From the NCBI RefSeq assembly GCF_004010195.1, contig NC_057729.1, forward strand, positions 13,482,777 to 13,546,776: a DNA stretch of 64,000 nucleotides, in the 5' to 3' direction. Source of the stretch: Chiloscyllium plagiosum (lineage: Eukaryota). This document shows positions 36,613 through 50,338 of the stretch, one piece after another. Position 1 is the stretch's first letter. The number at the start of each line of letters is the position of its first letter. The notes under the pieces were generated by a model, which saw nothing but the letters and a program-made list of their open reading frames with translations, was not told the DNA's origin and did no database searches. The translations under genes were made by a program, and so were the position numbers.

Positions 36613-37888
36613 TAGTAAAAAAACTTCCTTTCTATCTCAACTGCTGCTTTGCACTTTTTCAAAAGCAGTTTCTCACACATGCATAGTGAGGCAAAAGTTA
36701 CAGTTAAATTGCAGTTTACATCGGGTTATAAAATGCTCAACAGTACAAGAATGGAAACAATGAAGAGGTGGCCAAATGCTTCTGGTGGAATAAAGATTTA
36801 CTGGGCTGTGGGAATAATTGAATAGCTCTACTAAACTTACAGCAGAGGGCCAAGTGGTCTCCTATTGTGCCGTATCCAACTGTGAATGAACTACTGCGAC
36901 CCTCATGTCATATTTTGAAACTCTACAAAGAGATGGCTGAAAAAGCCATTCATAGCTCACCTTGTTACAACCACCAACGAAGAATTCCACTTAGGACAAC
37001 ACCTTTTATGACCAATAAGTTATCCCAAAGTTTGTTTGAGCAAAGTAAGTTTACAAAGGGTGTCTGGGTGTCTTTGGATCAGCATGGAGAAGGTGGACTT
37101 ATGGGCCCTTCTATGCTGTATCATTTCAATGGTTTCAATAGTTTCTAATGTAAGGAATGTGGCTTCCAAATAGTGCACAGAAAATCCCAGACTCAGCCTG
37201 GTAAAGTAGCAGATTTTTAAAAAAATGTTGGTTGAGGGGTAAATAATGGACAAAGACATTAGGAGAATCACCTTACGGCTCCTTGTGTAATGCCATATTT
37301 CTTTTTTTTATATCTACCTTAGATAAAGGACAGAGGATGGATTGATTATCTTATCTGAAAGGGATAACTTTAAATATGTCACAAGATTCTTCCCTGAGAT
37401 TTGTCTCGTTAAATGTTGTGACACTGTGACTCTTTAGAAAATTGCCCACACAAAAAGTGGGGGAAAAGGTCATGATGAATTCCGCATACAAGAGCAAAAT
37501 GCAATTATCTAATATTGACTTAGAAAAGTCATCTTGCTTTCAGTTAAATATATTAGTTTGTTTTGATGTCAGAATAGTTGAAGGGGAGAATTTTACTTTT
37601 CGCAGTGTCTCTAAATCATATTTGTATTTCTGTTGAGTTCTACCTTTTGAAAATGTGGAATAAATCAACACTGTTCCATGAGGTAGGAGGACATGCTGTT
37701 GCTGTTTGAAACACACAATCTAGGAAAGAGGAAGCAATTCTGTTATATAGAATGGTTTCATTTACATTAAACAGTTTGGAGAAGTGCTCTTTCCCCAGGT
37801 GATAACCAAACATTATTCAGGAGAACTAGACTGTTCTTATATTCTCTCAATTCTCTACTTCACTAGAAACATTGGTTAATGCACATCG

Positions 37889-38688
37889 ATAGACTCATGG
37901 AGATGCACAGCTTGAAAACAGATCCTTCAGTCGAACTTGTCCATGCCAACCATATATCCTAAATTAATCTTGCCCCATTTGCCAGCATTTGGCCTGTATC
38001 CCTCTAAACCCCTCCTATTCATATACCCATCCAGATGCCTTTTAAATGCTGTAACTGTACTAGCCTCCACCACTTCCTCTGGCAGCTCATTCCAGACACG
38101 CACTATCCTCTGCTTGAAAAAGTTGTCCCTTAGGTCCCTTTTATATCTTTCCCCTCTCACCCTAAACCTATGCCCTCTAATTCTGGACTCCCCTATCCAG
38201 TTTGTCTATTTACCCTATCCATGCCCCTCATGATTTTGTAAACCTTTATACGGTCACCCCTCAGCCTTTGACATTCCAGGCTAATCAGCCTCTCCCTGTA
38301 GCTCAAACCTTCCATCCCCAGCAAATCTTGTGATTCTTTTCTTAACCCTTTCAGGTTTCACAATATCTTTGCTATAGTAGGGAAACCTGAATTGAACACA
38401 GTATTCCAAAATTGGCCTAAGCAATATCCTGTACAGCTGCAACATGAACTCCCAATTCCTGTACTCAATACACTGACCAATAAAGACAAGCATACCAAAC
38501 ACTGCCTTTACTTCCCTGTCTACCTGGGATAAGAACTTTGAACTTGCACTCCAAAGTCTCTGTTTGGCAACACTCCCCAGGACCTTACCATTAACTGTAT
38601 AAATCTTGCCATAATTTACCTTACCAAAATATAGCACCTCACATTTATCCAAATTGAACTCCATTAGTCACTCCACAGCCCATTGGGG
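37889..38688 (-). mobile_element. CR1/HER1 LINE 3' fragment
   Basis: MEFNLDKCEVL, RPILEYCVQF and WNELPEEVVEA; homologous to 3077-3940. Confidence 0.9.
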
Positions 38689-39343
38689 ATCATAAAATTA
38701 TGAAAACTTTGAAGATAAAAGTTAAAAAATTTTAATACAAAATTAATTATGTTCAAGTCAAGAGCTATTTTGTTACAATAGTTAGTGTGAAACAGTTTCC
38801 ATTGTCAAAAGTGGAGTAATGAACAGATTTTATGATCACAGGCGTCTGAAAAATGTGGCGAAATGAAATTTATATTGTAGCTTTCAAAGTAGCATTTGAT
38901 ACATATATTTTAAAAGGAAAAATTTGCAGTTTTATACAGAAGTAGCAAGAAACTGGAACTAATTGAAGAGCTTTTCCAAAGATTTGACACAGGCACAATG
39001 GGCCTAATAGCCATTCAGTGAGTGCCTTATTGATGAAGTGGCTGCATTATTATGAAAATAGAAGATTCCAGGAAGTTAGAAAGAAAATAGCAAGACCTTT
39101 GGTATCAGGAACATGAGCCGATTAACAATACAACTAACACTCCCTCCAACTTTGAAAATAAATGTTTTCTTCCTGGAACAATGATTCTTTCTCACAATGC
39201 TGACTTTGTTGTTGTGATCTAGCTGTTTGGAGTGGGTTAATTGCAATTTCTCCAACTGCCCTTGAACAGAGAACTGTCAATGCAAAGCTCTGTTTGAACT
39301 GAGGTTCCTAGCATGTCACTTCAGATCCTAGCAGAATGAGAAG

Positions 39344-39681
39344 GGGGTGGCACAGTGGCTCAGTGGTTAGCACTGCTGCTTCATAGCGCCAGGAATCCGG
39401 GTTCAATTCGAACCTCTGTCTGTGTGGAGTTTGGACATTCTCCTCATGTCTGCATGGGTTTCCTCTGGGTGTTCCAGTTTCCTTGCACTGTCCAAAAATG
39501 TGCAGGTTAGGTAAACTGGCTATAGTGTTCAGCGGTGTGTGGGTTAGGTGCATTAGTCGGGGGTAAATGTATAGTAACAGGGTAGGGAAATGGGTCTGGG
39601 TGGGATAATCTTCAGAGGGTCGATGTCCACTTGTTGGGCCAAATGGCCTGTTTCCACACTGTAGTGGATTCTATGATTCTA
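39344..39681 (+). mobile_element. HE1-type SINE
   Basis: A and B boxes, body and ATTCTATGATTCT tail. Confidence 0.85.
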
Positions 39682-41029
39682 ACAATATGTCATTGTACTA
39701 TAAACAATTTTTGTCTCAGTTGATGAGGAAGGGTATATTGGTCTTGAAGAGAATGTCATCAAGATCACTGAATTGATTCCAGCAATAAGAGGCTGCTGTT
39801 ATTTCTCACTGTTAACATGCCAATAAAGCATGCATTCATGACATCATCATAGCATATGTCCCAATATTATTCTGCAAGCGTAAAGATCACAAACTCCATC
39901 TTAATTTGAATCCCTTGAAGCATGGCCTCCAATAGGAAGTGTGGTGTTCTGTAAAACCTAATAGCTTAATATTAGCCAAGACACTGGTGAGCTTGAGAAT
40001 GTAATGTTGGTATATCCTAACTAGTTTTGGTAAATCTGTGTTTTTTTTTCAATATCACAATATCATGTAGAATATGCTACTGTGGTTAGCACTGGTGACT
40101 GTCCATGAAAAGTCCATGTAGTAGATATTTAGAAAATGATTTAAAACCTTCTCGACAATAGGTTTGGACATCAAAAATTTCAGACAATCAATAACATCAG
40201 TTTCTGAGAGTACAGGCAGCCAAATGTATCTGTTGATAGGGTGCTGAATTCCAAGAACTAATTGATTTTTTAAATCAAAATGTAAGATCCTTTGAGATAC
40301 AACAAGTGTTTACGAGTGCCTTTATTTACAAATATGAAAGACTGAAGTCACAAACACAAGCAAAACTGAAAGCTAAACAGTGACCGCTGTAAATCTCTCC
40401 CTCTATTTTGTAAAAAAAGGGAATAAATCTAACAACATCCTGTTGTTAAATAGAAGGAAGGAAGTTAAATAGTTGTCAAAGCATAGCATGTCAAGAAAAA
40501 GAGTCATCCATTGGCATTACTTGAGCTAGACCAGAGTGTGAAGCCACAGTGGAAGCTGTAGATTATTTTATGCTTTAGGCGCAGCTAAGACTACGGTTAC
40601 AGTCAAAACAGTGCATCCAAATATCAAAATCTGTTGTAGGTTGATGTTTGTCACATTTACCCAAAGTTGTCCAGTTTTTCTTGCTACCTATACAGCAGGT
40701 AAAACTAAAGGATACTGGATATGGATGTGCATGAAATATGTGTTTCCAAAGGTCAAGCTAAATGCCAGAACAAAACACAAGTGACCAGCAAGACTGGCAG
40801 TAGGCAAAGTATTAAGAATATGCACAACTGCAAACATGTCAATTACGTTTTGAGTCAACCAATTGAAAAGGCAAATTTCAGAAGATGATTTTCCATAATG
40901 CGAACCTCACACTTGTGTTAATATATCAGAAAACATTTTGAACCTTTCCAGACCAGTATATAATCACCAGATCAGGATGAATTGACAAACACCTAAAGCA
41001 TTACATTTAATGTTGAAATGTTAATTTTG

Positions 41030-41159
41030 GGAGAAAGTGAGGACTGCAGATGCTGGAGATCAGAGTTGAAAAATATGGCACTGGAAAATCAAAGCAGGTT
41101 AGGCCGCATCTGAGGGGCAGGAGAAATGACGTTTTGGGCATAAGCCCTTCGTCAGGGAT
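41030..41159 (-). mobile_element. Short PLE pLTR end with degraded hammerhead
   Basis: Reverse of 22420-22548; imperfect TSD ATGTTAAT(T/G)TTG. Confidence 0.75.
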
Positions 41160-41924
41160 ATGTTAATGTTGAATAGTATTATTATTACAATAATTCTTTG
41201 CATTGGCAGTTCTCTGTTCAACGGCAGTTTGAGGAATTGCAATCAACCCACGCTAGGCAACACGATTACAACAAGGTTGGCACGGTACCTGTGGAGCATT
41301 GTGAGAAAGATTCATTGCTGCAGGAAGAAAACATTTATTTTCAAATTTGGAGGGAGTGTTAGTGTGTTGTTAATAAAGTCATGTTCCTGATATCAAAGGC
41401 ATTGCTATTTTCTTTCTAACTTCCTGGAATCTTCTATTTTCATAATAATACAAAAATGTTAATATTGTACAATCTACTTTACCTGTTTGCAGAATTATCA
41501 AATTCACAACATATGGCTATGTACAACCATGCCTACCTGTTTGGAATTTATTTTGTCTTTGAAAAACCAGGAAATTGTGTTGTATGTTAGCGTATCTTTA
41601 AAAGACAAGCTCATGACATCATCACAATTTCATAGCATGTGATTGAAGAGTATTAGCTCTAAACCTTCATCTTAAAGAATGATGTGCTACTAGAATCAGG
41701 TTATTCTAAAAACATGGGGGTTAATGTTAGACCGGACACTGATGTAATTGTGAAGGTAATATTTGGACTTAATAGCCAGTTATAATGAACACCTGATCAA
41801 TTTCTTACGTATGGGAGATTACATAAATATGGCTCCATCAGGTAAGATTTACAACTGGAGGCAAAACCCATATTAGACTATTGTTCTATGAAGATAGATT
41901 TTACAAAGTGGATCAAAAGTCTCT

Positions 41925-42320
41925 AGAGTTTGGAAGAGTGACAGGTGTTCTCATTGAAACATACAAGATGTTGGCTGATCTTAGCAGTGTAGATGCTGAG
42001 ATAATATTTCCCCTAGTGAAGAAAGCTAGAACAAGGGGACACAGTTTCAAAAAAAAAGGATCTCTTATATAAAATGGAGACGTGGACCAATTTTTCTAAT
42101 TGAACATTGTTATTATCTGGAATTCTCTACTCGAGAATGTCTTGTATGCTTAGCTGTAGAGTATATTTGAGGCTGAGATCAATAAATGTTTTGGGTGCTA
42201 AAGGAATTATTGTGGAGTTTGAGTGGGAAAGTGGATTTGCGGTTCAGGAACAGCTATGATTAAATGGTGGAGATGGCTTTAGGGACTGCATGGGTTATTC
42301 CTGCACTATTTATGTTGCCA
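41925..42320 (+). mobile_element. Old CR1 3' fragment
   Basis: LIETYKML...RTRGHSFK. Confidence 0.65.
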
Positions 42321-43396
42321 TATTGTTAATTGCTGGATTCAGCTAAGTTCAGCCCATGACGATGCAGCCAGATTTTCTGGTTTAAAAAAAGCCTAATCTA
42401 GATTTTATAAAAACAGATTGAGAAGTTGTAAGAGGTAGACAGCTAATTTTCCGTGCAGCAGTATGAGATAGGGCACTGCAATGAATGTGCTGGAAAGGAG
42501 TTGGGAGACTTATCTACATTTTGTTGGTGTACAATGTAAGAGACGACAGAAGGGGAAGTGGTGGAAGTCAGATGTACCTGCTGTTTGTGCTGCAATACAA
42601 ACCGCTACCAGCTTGTGGTTGGGTTAGTTTGTTACCACATCCTACTTCATTGACTGGGTCAAAAGGGCCTACTTTGTTTTGGCGGTAGTGGAAAATCACT
42701 GAATAACCTCTTTTCATTAGGACTCATCTTAAACACGATGCAATGTATTATATTTAACAATCAAGGACAAGTTACACTAGTAACTTTGACGTTGTTAATA
42801 ACTCTAATGGAAAAACAGATAAAAGTCTTCATCCCAGAAGATCCCATGTTTGGCGTTTTTCCATTCAAATGCCTGTGAAATCATCAGATTGGCCAGATCT
42901 AAATGCAGTCTCCAATGTTAACCTTTGCAGAACCAATACCATATACAATAAAGTCAACTATCCATAAAAATGAAAATTATAGGGTATTATGTAAAAAAGA
43001 AATATTATGAGGAAATCCATCAAAACTTACTAATCTCTTTGAGTTCAGTTAAATGGAAGCCACAATGTCAAAGAAAACCTTACATTTATAAAGTGCTTTC
43101 CAAGGCCGGATGTCTTAAAGCACTCTGCAGTCAATGGTGCACTTTAGAAATGTTGATGTTAATATAATATGGGAAACACTGCAGCTCGTTTGTACACAGT
43201 GAGCTGCCACACAACACCAACAACTTGTATTCAGTTAGCACCTTGAAGGAAATAAGAATATCCCAAGGCAATTCAAGGTGACAATGTGAAACAAAATATG
43301 ACAGTACCACACGTAGACTTATTGGTGCAGATGACCAAAAGCTAAGTCAAAGGGGTGGATGTTAATAAGTATCATAAAGAAGAAAAGCAATGTTTA

Positions 43397-44028
43397 GAGT
43401 CATAGAGTCATAGAGATATACAGCACAGAAACAGACCCTTCGGTCCAACTCGTCCATGCTGACCATATATCCTAACCCAATCTGGTTCCAACTGCCAGCA
43501 CCCAGCCCAGATCCCTCCAAACCCTTCCTATTCATATACCCATCCAAATGCCTTTTAAATGTTACAATTGTTACAATTGTACTAGCCTCCACCATTTCCT
43601 CTGGCAGCTCATTCCATACACGTACCACCCTCTGTGTGAAAAAGTTGCCCCTTAGGTTCCTTTTATATCTTTCCCCTCTCATCCTAAACCTATGCCCTCT
43701 AGTTCTGGACTCCCCTACCCCAGGGAAGAAATCTTATATATTTATCCTATCCTTTCCCCTCATGATTTTATAAACCTCTATAAAGGTCACCCCTCAGCCT
43801 CCGACGGTCCAGGGAAAACAGCCCCAGCCTATTCAACCTCTCCCTATAGCTCAAATCCTCCAACCCCGGCAACATCCTTGTAAATCTTTTCTGAACACTT
43901 TCAAGTTTCACAACATCCTTCCGATAGGGAGGAGACCAGACTTGCACGCAATATTCCATTGGCCTAACCAATGTCCTGTACAGCAGCATCATGACCTCCA
44001 AAGTCCTGTACTCAATATTCTGACCAGT
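43397..44028 (-). mobile_element. CR1/HER1 LINE 3' fragment
   Basis: EYCVQVWSP, RLRGDL and WNELPEEMVEA; (CTATGACT)n tail. Confidence 0.9.
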
Positions 44029-44844
44029 AAAAGAGTTCCAGAAATTGGGCCAAGGCAATTGAAGACATAACCAAGAACAACGATATGTTTAAAATCGCGG
44101 TTGCTCAAGAGATCGGAATAAAAAAAAATTGTAGGGCAGTAAGTGATTACAAAGATGGGGAATGCAGAGGCCAAAGAGGAATTTATACACAATGATGAGA
44201 GTTTAAAATCAAGAAGTTGCTTGACCTAGAACCAAGGAGGTCGGTCAGGTCAGTAGCGGTGGGTGAACGGGACTTATGAATGAGAGTGTGGGCAGCTCAG
44301 TATTAATGACTTTATATTTATTTAGGATAATTTGTGGGGGCCCATCCAGAAGTGCATTATTCAAGTCTGATGGTATGGTAGATAGGAAATGAGTGTTCCA
44401 CCAGCAGAAAAGCTGAGATAAGGGAGAAAAGCTGATTCAGTGATGGACATAGAGAAGCTTGGTGATGGTACAGATATGAGGTTGGAAGTTCGTTGTAAAA
44501 TGGGACACTAAGATTACAACCAGGCTGGCTTAATGACAGACTGTTGTTAGGGAGAGAGGTGAAAGCAGTAGCTGGGGAATAGAGTTTGGAGAGGAGACTG
44601 ACACAATGGATAAAAATTCTGCTTACTCAGCATTGGATGTTGGATACATAGTCTGATGAAGTAGCAACAGGGAAGGAGTTAAGTGAAGTAATGATGAAGG
44701 AGGACTGAGTCATTGGCCATGTGTAACATTGTGCTTTTGGGTGATATGACTGAGATAAGAAATGGAAGAGGACCAAGGCTAGATCCTTAGAGGAGAGCAG
44801 AGGTGTTGGTGAGGGAACATAAAGAGAAATAACTGCAAGAGATT

Positions 44845-45048
44845 GAAACAAAAACAGAAATTACAGGAGAAACCCAGTAGGTCTGGCAGCATCTGTGAAG
44901 AGAAGCAGAGCACATCCGAAGAAGGGTCATGAGACTTGAAACATTAACTCTGATTTCTTTCCACAGATGCTGTCAGACCTACTTAGTTTCTCCAGCAATT
45001 TCTGTTTTTGTTTCAGATCTTCAGCATCCGCATTTTTTGTTTTATTTC
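44845..45048. mobile_element. Short internally inverted PLE-derived insertion (third family)
   Basis: Inverted arms AAACAAAAACAGAAATT...GCAGCATCTGTG and CACAGATGCTG...AATTTCTGTTTTTGTTT around a degraded hammerhead; imperfect TSD TGCAAG(A/T)GATT. Confidence 0.65.
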
Positions 45049-45500
45049 ATTGCAAGTGATTCTCTGGCTGCAATTAGATAAATAAGAATGAATCGAGATC
45101 TACCCAGCTGAATAACACCAGAGCAGCATTAGATGGTGCAGTTGACTAGGTCAAAAGCTGCCAAGAGATCAGGAAGGGTGAAGAAAGAATGTTGGACCAC
45201 AGGAATCTATTAAGATTTTCTGGTGTTTATTGCCATATAAGGTGTTTATGCTAATTCCACTCCACTGCTCACTCCCCACTTCTATTTGGAATTGTTTTAC
45301 AGACTCCTGTTCATGGCAGAATTTTTTCTCTAGGTTTAATTGTAGAGAAGGTTAGGCATTCATTTTATTTAATACTAGATAGTGGTACAGTTTCTTCTGA
45401 TCAGTGATGTCAATAGAATAATACTGGTATATATTTTGCTAATCTTCGTGGACAAACCAGAATGCTCTCTGATGCACTGCAACTTGTTATTTGAGCCTAG

Positions 45501-45518
45501 TGGCCACTAGGTGGAGAC
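45501..45518 (+). promoter_or_regulatory. Candidate CTCF site
   Basis: TGGCCACTAGGTGGAGAC closely matches the CCAC/GYAGRKGGC core. Confidence 0.45.
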
Positions 45519-48364
45519 CTTGCCATTAGTTTCCCTGGTTTCCACTCCATAATGGAAAAAAAGCACCTTGGCCTTGATGACACATTTTGTCATTTTTAAA
45601 GATCAATTTATGTTTTTGCCTCACAAACCACAGTGTATGATGAGGCTTTCATTACTAAATTTATTACTAAATTTGGGACACTATTCTTTATCCTCTAACA
45701 ATGGATGCGAGGAATAAAACAAACTGGGACCTTGTTCACTTCTATGGTTTGTAAATAAAACAAAAATATATCAGTCGTAAGTATCTAAGTAAATTTTATA
45801 ATTGCATTGCTTTCTGTTTTAGTGTTGGTTATTTATATTTGATTTATACAGTTTCAGTAGCTATGATATCAGACCACTGAGGCCATTAGTTATAATTACA
45901 CAGTTTATATCTGACAATATCATCAATGCTTCTATTCAACAAAAAGAAACTCCTGTATAATGCATACAGCAAGGTTCCCTTCCATGCCAACCACATGTAA
46001 AGTATTAAGGATGGTGGAGATCTGAAATAAAAACAAAAGGTGCTGGAAAGGCACATTAGGTCAGGTAGCATCTATTCAGATAGAAATTGAGTTAATGTTT
46101 TGAGTCTAATTTGACTCTCTTGAGAACTGGAGTTATTAAGTGGACATGTTGCATGTAATAATGAGTGCTGTACTCCATGAATGGGAGGCATGTACACTGG
46201 CAGAGTTAGATTGAGTGATGGCCCAGAGTATGAGGTGGCAGCGAGTTTGTTTTGCACTGGTGTGCATTGTATTTCACCCAGGCCCGCTATCCAGTGCTGA
46301 CTTGCGTTTGGTGGTGGGGCCTCTTTTGCCAGGCAGCAGGGAAAAGCCATTATCCTCATTTCCAACACTGTGTCCACCAGGATCTTGAGGTCTCTGCCAG
46401 TGAACCGAGAAGCTTACTTACCTTTCTCAGTCGGTTCCTTTGATGAAACAGTGAGAACAGCAGCTCCAGGTTTGCACTTGTTGAAGTGATGAGATGCTGA
46501 GCTTTAGATAAGGTGCCTGGCAGCATAAGTGTTGCAAGATCCCAGCAGCGGTGATCACTTCCACCTCTCTTGCTGCACAAGTTCATGAATAGGGTGCGAA
46601 AGAAGCTGGCTGCATAGTTACAATATTGAAGAATAGAAAGTTGCATGAAAAATGTTGACTGTGGCAGTTTGGATGCTGTCTGAATTTTATTTGGAAAAGA
46701 AATACTTTGCCAAAAAAGTTGGAAAATTCAGTCCAGTGTTTCCATGGTAAAATCCCTTGATCTAGAACATGATTTACCAACAACCCAGCTTTTGCAAAGT
46801 TATTTGTTTGCTATTGTAACAGTTATTTGTAATAATTAGAGTCAAAGTAAGATCATGTAATTGTTTTGTTGGGAATTGTAATATTGACTGCACTTACAAA
46901 CATTTTATATATTCAACTATCTTACTTGTAATGCCTGCTCTTTGTTATAATATATAAATTTAAAAAGTCAAGACCCTTGCATCCTCTATTTATTCTTGTT
47001 AACACCATAATTATGGTTTTCAGTGAAAAAGCATCATGGTGTTGATTACACATTGTGTAATTGTTAAAAGTCAATTTACACTTTTGCATCACACACCATA
47101 GTGTTGGGTGATGCTTTTCATTATTCCAAATTTGTTTTCTTTAAATCAGATTTCCAGATATAATAATAAATTCAGGAAACCATTGTTTCCCATCTTTCCA
47201 TGTCTCCAACAGAAAAAGAAAACCTCTTCATTAAAATTCAACCAAGAGGAATTTTCCATTAAAGGTTACAAATGAAAGACAGTTCTCAGTAAGAAATTTC
47301 TTCACTGGGGATCAATGTATCTCTCATTGCAGGGTGCTGTTTTGAATCTGTCAATCATTAAATATTGCTATGTACTTGGCTGGTATTGCTGGATATCTTA
47401 TACAACAACTTCAGATCAGTGATCAAGAGCTGTGAAGAGTGATCCTCCCAATCATTGAGAACCCTGCTCAATGATTGAGTTGCCATACGGCAGCTGATTA
47501 GCATAGAAGAGGTATCATCCTGATATTAATAAGTGTGATGTGTTTTTGACAACCTCTCTTCATGAGATTTTCATTAACGATCAGCTTTTAAAAAAAAATG
47601 CATTGCTCTGAAATAGTGGTCCATAAACTCCCTTTCACTTTCAGTAGACATATAATAGACAGATTTGTGGTGTATTTATAAGGATTAAATAGCTCAAACT
47701 GTTCACTGAACCTACACAGTTAGTACTGACAGAATATACTCTTCACTGTTTACATTAATTAGATTAATTTTGCTATTTTAAATTGAAATGTTAACCAATT
47801 TAAAATAAACTGTCTGACCATTAAACAACAAAATTGAATCCATTAAAGTTGCATGGCAGTATAATATCAACACTGTGAGCTCGCATACAGTAGGATCTCA
47901 CAGCTTAATTTCTGGCATCCACCCTGTTATGTTACTTGAAATAACATTATTCTGATAGATAGCAGCCATGAAAGTTCCAAGCAATTAAATGCAAATTATT
48001 TGAGCTTGCTGTAATGGTGCAGTGACAAGCTTTTTGTCAGAATCCTGGAAGGTGCTGGCAAATCACTATCGCACTGATAATAAAAATCTAAGGAAAGCCC
48101 CCTGTAAAATTAATGCATGTTATAAAATACAACAGATACTCATGAGAGCAGCAGAATGATCTAGTAATAAGATAAAACTAACACTTAAAGAAACAATTTA
48201 ATTTTGTTCTTGTTGATCTTATGTCACCAATCTTCACTGTGCACCATTAATAAAAAAGTTGACTTTATTACAGCTTAATTGTTGACAGGGACCTTTTGTA
48301 TGGATGTGTAAATCCAGATTAAATCACTTTGAAGGGTTTATTTATATGATGTGCATCTCTATGA

Positions 48365-48530
48365 GCCGAGAGTGTGGTGCTGGAAAAGCACAGCATGTTA
48401 GGCAGCATTTGAGGAGCAGGAGAATCGATGTTTCGGGCATAAGCCCTTCATCAGGAATCGGCTGTGCTTTTTTTCCAGCACCACACTATCGACTCTGTTC
48501 TCCAGCATCTGCAATCCTCACTTTCTCCTG
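48365..48530. mobile_element. Short internally inverted PLE insertion with hammerhead motif (minus strand, ~48423-48458)
   Basis: Perfect 14-bp TSD GTGCATCTCTATGA at 48351-48364 and 48531-48544. Confidence 0.85.
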
Positions 48531-49002
48531 GTGCATCTCTATGACTCTATAACTGAGTTTTAGAAAAAGCAGCATTGGGATGGGACTGGAGGTGGTTGGA
48601 AATACTCAGCAAGTCAGGAAACATCTGAAGAAAGAAACAGAATAAAGGGTCAGATGAAAGGGAATTGACTTGAAAAGTCAACTCCATATTTTCCCTCATT
48701 ACACATGTCATGATATTGTACGATCAGGCAAGCAACTGTAACAGAGTTAAGGATGGTGACATCACTGTGACATTGTATCTTGGGCCATCCTTGTGTAAAG
48801 GTGAAGCTATCAACTCCAGCTTACTGTAATCAGGAAAGTATTTAGTCAATCACCTTAAGGCCAACTGACACCCACAGGGGGAGTTTGGGATGCTTGTGAC
48901 AAGTTTTCTAAATTGCCAAAAGATATGTCTATTACAGAGTTCTGACATATTTAGCAGCTCTATGAATAAATCTTCTGATACTTGACCTCAGTAAGAACCC
49001 TG

Positions 49003-50034
49003 TGTTAAGACCCACTGGGATAGTATGCTGGAAATCAAGCTTTGCTATTTCTGGCATCATTACAAAAGTTAAAGATTTTAAGAAGTGCATTAGCTCTCCA
49101 AATGACCTAATTTTTAGAATCAGGTTAATAGAAAGCATGTACAGAACAAAAATGACAATTTATTGCAAGTAATTAGACTCTATCTGCAGGTTAGTTATTA
49201 TAAATGATTGGTATATAACACAACTAATTAAAACACCAATCCCCTTATAAACCCCTCTTTACACACACAGACAACTAAACAAACAAACACAGTAAAACAA
49301 AATATTGGACAGAGGGAAATAATAATCTGGAAAGCAGTTCAGTAGGCTTTCCCATTCCCTGTTGCTGAGATGTTTGTTATGACTTTTCTGCTGGCCAGTG
49401 CATTGCTTCAATTGTCTTTCTCAGAATACTTCCACTGATTTTTGAAAGACACAAGGTGGTCAGTTTACTGATAAAAATCTCTGACTTATCAGCTAAAAGT
49501 CTCAGCTTACAACAAATATTGTAGAAGAGACAATAAGCTTTCTTCATGTTCACAGTTAGTTTTGACTGAGCTAAAGAAAAACTGAACACCTCTCTCTCCC
49601 TCCCCTCCTGCCTCTCCCCTCCTGCCTCTCCCCTCCTGTCTCTCCCCTCCTGTCTCTCCCCCTGTCCCTCTGTGCAACTTTTTACAGCTCCAAACTGTTC
49701 AATTAATTGAGAACCAATCACACTGATTTTGGTAGGTGAAAGGTCTCTGTCCTTGCTAATTGTCACTAGTACATTGATGAAATAACTCATTTTTGCTAAT
49801 AAAAGCTGAATCCACCGCCTCAGCTTCAAAGCATCATCGATTCAAACTTCTGTTAGTGTTTGTTTAAAACAGATCGTTATATAATCGTTGATACCAACTT
49901 GCAGTTAGCTTTTCAAACAGTATCTAGTTCTAAAGTAGGTTTTCAAATTGTCATTTCAAAACTTCTGGCTTTAAATCAGCACTTTATCATTTCAGTTTTT
50001 GTAAAACTCAAAGTAAAGTACCACTGTCTTGACA
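49003..50034 (-). mobile_element. Solo LTR (Gypsy-like, ~1.03 kb) containing a CT-rich 14-bp minisatellite (~49590-49670)
   Basis: TGTTAAGAC...GTCTTGACA termini and a 4-bp TSD CCTG (48999-49002 and 50035-50038). Strand is inferred from a minus-strand AATAAA near 49160. Confidence 0.7.
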
Positions 50035-50082
50035 CCTGTCTCAGTGTTCATATTATCAGAGCTCACAAGGTAACTCATAGTA

Positions 50083-50304
50083 CAGGGCGACCACGGTATG
50101 CACAGACTTGTTTTCCATGGTTTCAGTTACCCGCAGTTTACCGTGGCCCAAACATTTTACTGGGAACCTTCCGGAACCAGGGACCAAGGGGCTGTCAGGA
50201 AGGTAAATTTACCATTTAAATGAAGGGGTTCGCTCCTATCTGTTATTTTCAGGCTTCCGCGGTACGTCTTGGAATGTATCCCCAGAGGATACGGGTGACC
50301 ACTG
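50083..50304. mobile_element. Tigger-like MITE
   Basis: TA flanks, CAG...CTG ends and a degenerate TIR. Confidence 0.6.
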
Positions 50305-50338
50305 TACATCTTCACATGCTATTGTGTTTCCAATATCT

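Noticed and set aside
49377-49829. 150-aa ORF
   Set aside because: Lies in a solo LTR and runs through a low-complexity minisatellite.
48706-50034. Longer LTR starting at TGTCATGA (48706)
   Set aside because: No TSD; the 49003 boundary gives a better terminal repeat and a CCTG TSD.
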